From the NCBI GenBank assembly GCA_965219545.1, contig CBDCNX010000002.1, positions 20,761-84,760 of the forward strand: 64,000 nt of DNA, in the 5' to 3' direction. The first letter of the stretch is position 1. Every line of letters begins with the position of its first letter. The notes below the pieces were generated by a model. That model made no database searches. It was not told the origin of the DNA and saw only the letters and a list, made by a program, of their open reading frames with translations. Source of the stretch: Bdellovibrionales bacterium (lineage in GTDB: Bacteria; Bdellovibrionota; Bdellovibrionia; Bdellovibrionales; JAGQZY01). Below are positions 46,245 through 54,776 of the stretch, one piece after another. The position numbers and the translations under genes are program-made.

Positions 46245-47267
46245 ATGAAAGCAAAAAACAGAACATTTTTTTCTATATTTTTTGTAATCTTTGCTCTTCT
46301 TTTTTCCGGGTGGTTTCGCTCACAATTTCATATTTGTGATTCAGATATGCTTTCAAGTGTCCGAGGTGCTGAATATCTTATGAAAAAAAATGATGTTATT
46401 TTTCTGGGATCTTCAGAACTTAAAAGAAATGTTAACACGAGTTGGCTGAATGTTAAATCTGTTAATTTATCAATGTGGGGTCAGGATCCCGTTATATTTG
46501 AAAAAATTATCAAACAGTATGAATCTTCTTTTTTAAAGTCAAAAATTATTTTTATTTCCTATCACCCTGAGTTGTTTTCAGAAAATGCTATTTTTTCCAG
46601 AATAAACTGGTTTGATTTGTTTGATTCTTTAAACTTGATAGGTTTAAAAACATATCAATTAATCCGGATACCGCTGATTTTAAAACCTTTTGCTTATTTG
46701 CGTGAATTTCCTTTTATACAGAGCCTTTTTCAGTCAGATATTTTACATTCTGAGATTATTAAAGGCCAATTCAGTTGGTCCTCTCCAAATCTTTTTTACA
46801 ACACCTATGTGGATCATAAATCCGGATATCATAACTACGGAGTGTCAAATGAATATCAGATGAAAAAATGGACTTTGTTTGCCAGAACTGTATATAATAG
46901 ATACTCAATTGTCAGTTTTATCTTCAAGAAAAAATTTTTTAAAGAAAAAAACAAAAACGAAAATATAAAAGCTCTTAAACGTATCTCCGATTGGTGCATT
47001 GATAACAATATAAGTTTAAAATTTATTGTCACTCCGGTTGCCGGTGCGAGAAAAAGGAAAAAGTACACTGATTATCGTCAGGTTTTAAATCAGGCTCTGG
47101 GTTACTCTCCGGAAGTCTGGGATTTTTCCAACTACAAACTTTATGGACTGAAAAAATCCAGACATTTTAGAACCCTTGCACATCTGAATATACAGGGGGC
47201 CAGAATATTCAATTCTGTATTATCCAGTAAGTTGTTGAATTATATGGAAAGTAATTCAAATGAATAA
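46245..47267 (+). CDS. DltD-like membrane-anchored protein
   Basis: N-terminal TM segment, then VIFLGSSEL (the DltD GSSE motif). Position between the MBOAT and the adenylase. Confidence 0.5.
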   Translation: MKAKNRTFFSIFFVIFALLFSGWFRSQFHICDSDMLSSVRGAEYLMKKNDVIFLGSSELKRNVNTSWLNVKSVNLSMWGQDPVIFEKIIKQYESSFLKSKIIFISYHPELFSENAIFSRINWFDLFDSLNLIGLKTYQLIRIPLILKPFAYLREFPFIQSLFQSDILHSEIIKGQFSWSSPNLFYNTYVDHKSGYHNYGVSNEYQMKKWTLFARTVYNRYSIVSFIFKKKFFKEKNKNENIKALKRISDWCIDNNISLKFIVTPVAGARKRKKYTDYRQVLNQALGYSPEVWDFSNYKLYGLKKSRHFRTLAHLNIQGARIFNSVLSSKLLNYMESNSNE

Positions 47268-48849
47268 AATGAAATGCACTAATATTGATTATCACCCTCT
47301 TAAGAAATTTATTTCCTGGTGCAGGAGTAAAAATAACTATGCGGCATTAACATATAGCAAAGAAAAATGGATCTATCGGCAGCTTGAAAAATATTCTTCA
47401 CAAATACAAAAGCTAATAAATCATTTTTCGATGGGTAAGCGTCATATATGTGTTTTTTCAGAATCAAATTTGTTTTCAAGTGCTTCAGTTTTGGCAATAT
47501 TGGCTTCCAATAAGGTCTATATACCTTTAAATCCACGGCTAAACAAAAAAAGAATCATTAATATGCTTGACCAAACCCGGCCCTGTCTTATTCTCGTCGA
47601 TAAATTTTCCAGTGATAAATTAATTTCAATTTTAAATGAATTTAATGTCGGGACTTGTGTTCTTTCTGAAGGGAAAAAGTTAAAATTCACTAATACAAAA
47701 CATCATTCAATAAGTGTTGTCTTCAGGGAAGAAGTCAATGAATCTTTGGATATTTTTCCTTCAGACTGCGTTGCAGATGCATATATTTTCTTTACGTCAG
47801 GATCCACAGGGACACCTTCAGGTGTGGTTGTCAAACAGGGAAGTCTGAGCAGTTATATAGATTATTTTACCAATATGTTTGATATTTCCTCATCCGATGT
47901 ATGCACACAAAACTTTTCCTCTTCTTTCGATGTAAGTTTACACGATCTTCTTATAACCTGGAGTGTGGGAGCTTCTCTTTGCATACCTTCAAGGCTTGAC
48001 AGACTTGATTATGAAAGGTTTATCCAGGACAATCGCATAACTATCTGGTTATCAACTCCATCCCTGGCTCACCTTATGTTTAAAATTAAAAAACCCAAGG
48101 CGTATAAACTGTCCTCTTTGAGGAAAAGTTTCTTTATCGGAGAAATATTCACTTATAAGATGGCTTACTTTTGGTCATTGGCCGCTCCCCAATCTGAAAT
48201 TATAAATCTCTATGGACCTACCGAAGCCACGATTACCTTTCTTTCTTACTCTTACACTAAAGCGGATAGGAATATTCTTTCTGAGGAAAGCCTGCCCATA
48301 AGCACCGATTTCACCAGTCAACCCTACTTAATTGTTGATAAAAATGAAAAACCTGTAACTGATGATATGATAACCGGTCAGTTATGGTTGGGAGGCCCTC
48401 AAATAGCCTCTCGCTATCTTAACAATGATACTCTGACAAAAGAGAAATTTCATGAGGATAAAAAGTTTTCTATGCGATGGTTCAAAACTGGGGATTTCGT
48501 TACAAGAGATCAGGGATGTTTGTTTTTTAATGGCAGACAGGACAGTCAATACAAGATACTTGGACATCGGATTGAATTTACAGAGATAAATAACATTTTA
48601 AGTGAAATTACAGGAGCCTCACGGGTTTACAGCATTCCCTGGCCTGTCGTGAATGGAGTGGCTGAAGGTATTGTCAGTTATATTCAAACTGATATTGCAA
48701 ACTTTGATGAAAAAGCTGTCTTGAAAAATTGTCGTGAATCTCTCCCTGAATATTTTGTACCAAAGAAAATCATACCAATACAGGATTTACCCCTTTCTGT
48801 AAACGGAAAGGTGGACATAGTAAAGTTAAAGAAAATACTGACCAACTGA
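47260..48849 (+). CDS. adenylate-forming enzyme (DltA-like carrier-protein ligase)
   Basis: FFTSGSTGTPSGVV, LYGPTEATI, FKTGDFV, GRQDSQYKILGHRIE, NGKVD. Confidence 0.8.
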   Translation: MNKMKCTNIDYHPLKKFISWCRSKNNYAALTYSKEKWIYRQLEKYSSQIQKLINHFSMGKRHICVFSESNLFSSASVLAILASNKVYIPLNPRLNKKRIINMLDQTRPCLILVDKFSSDKLISILNEFNVGTCVLSEGKKLKFTNTKHHSISVVFREEVNESLDIFPSDCVADAYIFFTSGSTGTPSGVVVKQGSLSSYIDYFTNMFDISSSDVCTQNFSSSFDVSLHDLLITWSVGASLCIPSRLDRLDYERFIQDNRITIWLSTPSLAHLMFKIKKPKAYKLSSLRKSFFIGEIFTYKMAYFWSLAAPQSEIINLYGPTEATITFLSYSYTKADRNILSEESLPISTDFTSQPYLIVDKNEKPVTDDMITGQLWLGGPQIASRYLNNDTLTKEKFHEDKKFSMRWFKTGDFVTRDQGCLFFNGRQDSQYKILGHRIEFTEINNILSEITGASRVYSIPWPVVNGVAEGIVSYIQTDIANFDEKAVLKNCRESLPEYFVPKKIIPIQDLPLSVNGKVDIVKLKKILTN

Positions 48850-48864
48850 ATTTTGAATGATATG

Positions 48865-48991
48865 TATACTGAAGACCATTTGTTTTTCATAAGAGACCAC
48901 TTGTTTTAAGCGGATTTTGGCTAAAGAAATTCAGCATAAAATAAATGATCTCTCAGAGAAATTCCATGAAAATTCAAACCGGACCAGTGTA
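48865..48991. repeat. composite R1 element carrying the ..GAGACCACTTGTTTTAAGCGG.. module inside it
   Basis: R1 left arm (48865-48890), an inserted/variant module (48891-~48940), then an R1 right arm ..AGAGAAATTCCATGAAAATTCAAACCGGACCAGTGTA. Confidence 0.7.
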
Positions 48992-49010
48992 CCTGTTTGT
49001 AATTCGGCTC

Positions 49011-50116
49011 GGCGTTGTTGCACATAAAGCAATTAGTTTCACCAAAGTCCAGGGAGCAAAAATAACATAAAAAAACGCCTCCCCATAGTTTAAAGTCAAC
49101 TTGAAAGCAAAACTTAAACAACCAAGGATGGTTTTAACCAAGGATGGTTTTTATGGGAAAGCGTCTTAAAAAGATTAACTGGAAACCCTACAACAAGGAA
49201 CTCATTAAACGGGGTTCCATCACTTTTTGGTTCTCAAAAGATGTAAAAAATGATTGGTTTGCAAATTCTGAGGGTGGTCGGGGCTTTCAACCCGTCTACT
49301 CAGACACAGCCATTAAAGCTATTTCCCTGATCCGTTTCCACTTTGGCCTGACTCTTCGCTCAGTCCAGGGATTTACCGAAAGTCTGTTAAAACTCATGGG
49401 AGTCTCTCTGCCTGTTCCCGATTATTCCACCTTGAGTCGTCGTTTAAGAAAATGTTCCATAGACCTTGGTAAAGTCAAATCAAAAGAGCCTGTTCATGCC
49501 GTCATTGACTCTACGGGTTTGAAGGTTTTCGGAGAGGGGGAGTGGAAGGTTCGTCAGCACGGCTATGCAAAGAGAAGGACCTGGAGGAAACTTCATTTAT
49601 GTCTTGATGAGGAAACTGGAGAGATTTTATCAACCTGTTTAACGGACAATTCCTTTAAGGATTCAGAGGTTTTTGAGGACCTGGTCGATGGTCTTGAGGA
49701 TCATGTTTCCCGGATCAGTGCTGATGGGGCCTATGATTGCGGGGATTGTTGGGATCATTGCCAGAGAAACGATATTGTGGCTTTGATTCCACCCAGGAAG
49801 GGGGCCAGGATCGGGAAACATGGCAATAACAAGTCTCCTCCAAAGCAGAGGGATGAGGTGATTCGTTCTATTCGCAAAGGGGGAAAAAGGAAATGGAAAA
49901 TAGAGAGTGGGTACAGTCGTCGGTCTATAGCTGAAACGGCCATGTATCGCTTTAAAAAACTCCTTGGTGAAAAACTCAGATCAAGGAATTTTATGAATCA
50001 GGCCATGGAGGTCTTTATAAAATCTAAAATCCTCAACCAAATGACTGTCCCTTCCGCTCTTTGATCTCAAATACTATAGGAAACTCTCATCTCAATTCTC
50101 TATGTGCAACAACGCC
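49011..50116 (+). mobile_element. IS5-family (IS903-like) insertion sequence, copy 2
   Basis: Same inverted repeats as copy 1. 9-bp duplication ATTCGGCTC at 49002-49010 and 50117-50125. Confidence 0.9.
49144..50064 (+). CDS. IS5/IS903-type DDE transposase
   Basis: 306 aa, nearly identical to copy 1. Confidence 0.9.
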   Translation: MVFMGKRLKKINWKPYNKELIKRGSITFWFSKDVKNDWFANSEGGRGFQPVYSDTAIKAISLIRFHFGLTLRSVQGFTESLLKLMGVSLPVPDYSTLSRRLRKCSIDLGKVKSKEPVHAVIDSTGLKVFGEGEWKVRQHGYAKRRTWRKLHLCLDEETGEILSTCLTDNSFKDSEVFEDLVDGLEDHVSRISADGAYDCGDCWDHCQRNDIVALIPPRKGARIGKHGNNKSPPKQRDEVIRSIRKGGKRKWKIESGYSRRSIAETAMYRFKKLLGEKLRSRNFMNQAMEVFIKSKILNQMTVPSAL

Positions 50117-50147
50117 ATTCGGCTCTAAAAAACCAGATATCCTGAAA

Positions 50148-50232
50148 GTTACCCAACTTTGAAATTCATTGAAAAATTCAGAAATAAGAGGTATCATATT
50201 GCTTTTTTTGTGTGTTATTAAATGCTTACAAA
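50148..50232 (-). repeat. partial long R3 element, copy C
   Basis: GTTACCCAACTTTGAAATTCATTGAAAAATTCAGAAATAAGAGG...GTGTGTTATTAAATGCTTACAAAG aligns with 29671-29760. Confidence 0.6.
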
Positions 50233-50527
50233 GATTAACTTTTAAAATTCCTCTTGATACTTATTAAGAAGTCAATACTGACTATTCCAGGTCAAATGAA
50301 CCAATATGCAACAATGTTGTCTCATTTTACCAAAGCCCCTTGAAGTTAAAAAAAAATACGTTACACTGTAAAAAAATATTGGTTAAATTTTAAATTGCCA
50401 GTATAGTGGTTTTAACTCTTTCCCGATGAAAGGAAGAGGAAATTACAAGTTAAAGATTTGCCTCTCCCAGAAAAAAAAGAGGGTTAATCCAATAAGGTAA
50501 ACGTAAAAAACAAAAAAGGAGAACAAC

Positions 50528-50989
50528 ATGAAAATCAGTCTTTTTATTGCATTCTTTCTGACAGCATCTCTTGGTTTTGCCAAGCATCATGAAAAAGCAG
50601 AAAAAAGTGATCAGAAAAAAGAAGCCGGTCAGGAAAAACAATGCACTAATTTCGATCAATACAAAGATGTCAGTATGGATGAAATGAAAAAAATAGCTGA
50701 TACCCAATCAGCCAAGATTCTGGATGTTAACAGTTTGAACTCCTTTAATCGCAATCACATCAAAGGAGCCCATCATTTTAAAACAGCAGTCAAAAAGAAG
50801 ACCCTTGTAACAGTTCTTGGTAAAGACAAGGGCGTGTCCATTGTGGCCTACTGTGGCGGGAAACAATGCACAGCCTGGCATGAGGCCGCCAAAACAGCCT
50901 GTGAAATGGGTTATAAAAATATTCGTCACTTTAGTGAAGGCATTAGCGGCTGGGATAAAACAATGAAAGGCAAAAAGGGAGAGGGCTAA
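50528..50989 (+). CDS. secreted rhodanese-domain protein
   Basis: Signal peptide MKISLFIAFFLTASLGFA. ILDVN....F...HIKGA and active-site loop AYCGGKQC. AAGGAG RBS. Confidence 0.75.
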   Translation: MKISLFIAFFLTASLGFAKHHEKAEKSDQKKEAGQEKQCTNFDQYKDVSMDEMKKIADTQSAKILDVNSLNSFNRNHIKGAHHFKTAVKKKTLVTVLGKDKGVSIVAYCGGKQCTAWHEAAKTACEMGYKNIRHFSEGISGWDKTMKGKKGEG

Positions 50990-51022
50990 TCTCCAAAATA
51001 CCGCTTCTGTTGTGGTTTTCCC

Positions 51023-51808
51023 ATGACTATGAAAAAAATGGAAAAACATAAAGATGAGGTTGTTCAGTTTTCCAAACAAGATTTTGGCAAACGCATTAAC
51101 AAATACCTTTCAAACCGTTATTTTTGCTCCAGGAGGGAGGCAGAAGAACTGGTTTTAAAAGGATGGGTTAAGGTCAACGGTAAAACCCTAAGAGAGTTGT
51201 CTTACCTGGCACAAAAAGAGGATGAGGTCTGTCTCAACAAAAAAGCCCTCATTTTTTTAAAGAAAAAACAAACCATCTTTATAAATAAACCCAGGGGTTA
51301 CGTTTCAGGACAGGCCGAAAGGAAACATAAACCGGCCATAACCCTTGTTGTGGCTAAAAATTTCGCAGCCCCCGGTCCCTGTCCAAAAATTCAACATAAA
51401 GGCTTTGCCCCGGCAGGTCGTCTTGATGAAGACTCAAATGGCCTCCTCATTCTCACCCAAAACGGCTTTCTGGCCAAAAAAATCATAGGCCCCCACTCTG
51501 ATGTTGAAAAAGAATATCGAGTGAAGGTCAGTGGTCCATTAACCCCTGAAAAGATAAAAAAACTCTGCTTTGGCCTTCACCTTGACGGAAAAAAATTAAA
51601 AAAAGCCCAAGTGACCCAAATTTCAAAAAACGAATTACGTTTTATTCTCAAAGAGGGAAAAAAACGACAGATTCGCAGAATGTGCCACCTGGTGAACCTT
51701 CAGGTCATTTCCCTGGAGCGAATCCGCATAGGCTCTCTAAAACTAGGCTCCCTGCCTTCCGGTTGCTGGCAACTCCTTGAGAACCATCAGATCAATGATC
51801 TTTTTTGA
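51023..51808 (+). CDS. S4-domain pseudouridine synthase (RsuA/RluF family)
   Basis: SRREAEELVLKGWVKVNGK, KPRGYV, GRLDEDSNGLLILT, EKEYRVKV, EGKKRQIRRM. Confidence 0.85.
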   Translation: MTMKKMEKHKDEVVQFSKQDFGKRINKYLSNRYFCSRREAEELVLKGWVKVNGKTLRELSYLAQKEDEVCLNKKALIFLKKKQTIFINKPRGYVSGQAERKHKPAITLVVAKNFAAPGPCPKIQHKGFAPAGRLDEDSNGLLILTQNGFLAKKIIGPHSDVEKEYRVKVSGPLTPEKIKKLCFGLHLDGKKLKKAQVTQISKNELRFILKEGKKRQIRRMCHLVNLQVISLERIRIGSLKLGSLPSGCWQLLENHQINDLF

Positions 51809-52030
51809 ACGTCAGTTTAAGTCAAAAGTTTGATTTAACTATGGTTTTTAGGTCTGAGTTTTACAAACAGAGATCATAAAAAAATGGAAAAGTATTTGAC
51901 CAAGGTTTTAGGATGATGTCCCCTTCAAGGGAAAGGAATTTGTAAACTAAAAACTTATCCTGTATACTTTTATTAAAAAGCAAATGAACTTAACAATAAT
52001 AATCGTTTTTTATTTTTTCAGGAATTTTAT

Positions 52031-53092
52031 TTGAAAGATTATTCACCTTTCTTAACTTCTATAATATCCGTAACACTTTTCTTTATAATCTATTTTTTTA
52101 TTGATAAGAATTATATTTGGCTAGACTATAAATTCAGTTACTTTATGGTGGCTTTTCCTCTTCATGTATTCCTGGTAAGTCATTTCATTCTTGAATTCTT
52201 CATATATCTGACAAAAATCAAAAGACATAAAGAAAATCTTAATCAATTTCTTGGGCTTTTGGTTCTTTCTGTTTTCACTATAAGTTTTTTCTACTATTCC
52301 ACATATATAGGTGGTTCATTTTTTTCCTGTGTCTTACTTTTACGCTATTCTTGGGGGTATTGGCATATTCTCAGAAGTGAAACAATGACTTTTTCAGGAA
52401 AACAGCTGTTAAGTTTGGATATTTTTCGGAATTTTATTTTTAGATGGGCTTTTTTCTGTTTTATTGGAATATATATAAGTTATCCCATATATATTTTTAA
52501 AGATTTTCATTTCTTAACTTTTTTAAGTACCTTTCAGCTCATTTTTATTTCATTTTTGCCATTCTATCTTGTTTTTTGGATATATCGTAAAAAGCACAAA
52601 TTCCTGAGTCAAAGTTTTTCTATTAAGCTAAAATTTATCTATTTTGTATGTTTTATTTATGGAACATCCGTTATAAGTGTCATTAAAGAAGCACAACTGT
52701 TCTTTGAATTAAGCATCTCCTTCATTCATGTTCTGGAATATTATTTTGTTTCTATTGAGAAGTCTTTTAAAAGAATTACAAATCGAGATAAAAATAAAAA
52801 TATTTTTCAAGCCTTGTTAAGTAAAGACTTAAAAATACTTTATTTTATTATTATTTTTAATATCTTATACTTTGGTATTGGTCTCTATGGTATAAATTCC
52901 CAGGCTCTTGCACCTCACCCCGAAATTTACAGCGGCACAACACAAATCTTAAAATGGGAACAAAGTTCATTGCTTTATTTTATTTTCTATGATGCAAGAT
53001 CTTATCACATCTGGGCACTACTCCATCTGTCTCATGGAGTCTTCAAAGATAAAAAGTTTTTACGAGGTGTTTACAATACCTTCAAAATTTAG
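52031..53092 (+). CDS. polytopic membrane protein, unknown function
   Basis: AT-rich ORF with about 9 hydrophobic segments. TTG start is uncertain. Confidence 0.4.
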   Translation: MKDYSPFLTSIISVTLFFIIYFFIDKNYIWLDYKFSYFMVAFPLHVFLVSHFILEFFIYLTKIKRHKENLNQFLGLLVLSVFTISFFYYSTYIGGSFFSCVLLLRYSWGYWHILRSETMTFSGKQLLSLDIFRNFIFRWAFFCFIGIYISYPIYIFKDFHFLTFLSTFQLIFISFLPFYLVFWIYRKKHKFLSQSFSIKLKFIYFVCFIYGTSVISVIKEAQLFFELSISFIHVLEYYFVSIEKSFKRITNRDKNKNIFQALLSKDLKILYFIIIFNILYFGIGLYGINSQALAPHPEIYSGTTQILKWEQSSLLYFIFYDARSYHIWALLHLSHGVFKDKKFLRGVYNTFKI

Positions 53093-53297
53093 GTCAAAAT
53101 ATCATAACCCTAACCTTCCAACTTACCACTTTCGAGGAGCTTATCCTTTTTTTCGATAGAATTTTAGAAGGGCCTTTCATATTTAAGCAACCTCATTTTG
53201 TTTTCAATGGTTTTTTTCAACTCCTCTTTTAATTTCTGTGTAATCCGGATTTTCAGGCGGTTTTGTTTTTTCACAAGAAGAAAAGTAACCCCAACTT

Positions 53298-54757
53298 TCA
53301 GGCGGTCTTGCTTTTTTTTCTGATCTGTTTAGCGTATTTTAGAGGAGTGGGGATATTGGGATCAAGCTCCACCTTTTTACAGGACTCTATGACCGTGTAA
53401 AGCACAGACATCACATCCGCTCCGTTAATGGTCCTGGACCCATAAAAGTTCTTCCTCCCCATCACCGAATGCCTGATCGTTCGCTCCGCCTCGTTATTGC
53501 TCAACGGAACACGAACATCTTTTAAAAAAAGCGTTAACCCCTCCCAGTGATTCAATGTGTAATTGATCGCCTTTAACAAATGGCTCTCACTACGGGCCTC
53601 AGGCTTCTTCTCAAACAACCAATCCCTGATCTGTTTCGTTAATTCTCCTGATTCCTCTTTTCTCAACTTCCTTAAAAACTCATAATTTGAGGCCCTCCTC
53701 TCAATTTCAAAAAGCCTCCCTATTCTGTCCAATATCTCTCCACAAGGCCCTGGATAATTCTTCTCTATGTCCGTAAACTTACGCCTCACATGAGACCAGC
53801 AAAAAGCCAAATCCACACCATAACTCTCCCTCAAGCCCGACTTGTAACCACTGTAACCATCAACAACCACCGGGCCCCCATAAGGGCCCAACAACTCTTT
53901 GGCTATTTTTCCGCTCCTTGTCGGCTCAAATCGGTAATAACTCCCCCCCTGGTTACTCAAAACCCACAAATAACCATCACTCTGCTTACTGTTACCTATC
54001 GGCCAGGAAGTCTCATCCAAATGAACACACAAACCACAGGACAATATCTCACCCCTGATCCTCTCCGCCATATCCTCCAAATAACAGTGAACAAAAAAAC
54101 AAAGACCATACAAGGTCTTCGTGGCCACCCTCAATCCCCCTGATTCCATCACTCTGCGAATCCTCTCCAGGGGAAGGTGGTACAAATACTTCTTCATCAC
54201 CACATCCACTGAAAAGTCTATGGAATACTTCGCCCCGGGCATGATCTTTAAAGCTCCGGGGGCTGTCACTATCACCTCTTTCTCACATAACTCTCAACTC
54301 GAATGTCAATCTCCTCTGATTCATCGTAAAAATTGGTTAAACACTCCCACTGGGCATCTTTTGGATAACCATACTCTACGGCAATCTCTGAGAGTCTCTC
54401 AGGGCTCAACTCATGATCCACCTTGATCTCCAAAAGACTTTCCATTTCCTTTTCATCAGGACCTGGAACCAGACTTGTGGCATGCACTGAAAGGGGCTTT
54501 TTTGAATAATCCCTCAAACGACTGGAATTTCCCCTCTTCTCTGAACTCTTCCCAAACATCCTCTTGCGTAACACTGAAAGCTCATCCTCAAAATCAAAAG
54601 TCCTCTGACTCTGTTTGGCTCTTTGCAATTCCAATTGATTTATTATTTTTTCTTGTTGATTGATAACTTCAAACGCATGATTCAGAAAAACCCTGAGAAC
54701 CTCCGGGTTGTTTTCCTGTTTAACAATTCTGGGTAGCTCCATAGTTATTATTGTCAA
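53298..54757 (-). pseudogene. tnpC: IS66 TnpC, inactivated by a 52-bp deletion (plus an in-frame 54-bp deletion near the 3' end)
   Basis: Relative to copy 1, the segment encoding HRRFKYRLKDSRRTEKEV is lost between two GAGAAAGAGG direct repeats (junction about 54270). This splits the gene into ORFs 54272..54757 and 53298..54275. RSYIQMVVRKKIEGEKIQ is also absent. Confidence 0.85.
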
Positions 54758-54776
54758 ACACTCTTCTTCCCTCTGG

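Noticed and set aside
50240-50527. Possible small RNA or terminator in the ~290-bp spacer upstream of the rhodanese gene
   Set aside because: Only a weak 5-bp stem (CCTCT..AGAGG) around an A-run was seen. No convincing hairpin plus T-tract or conserved RNA motif.
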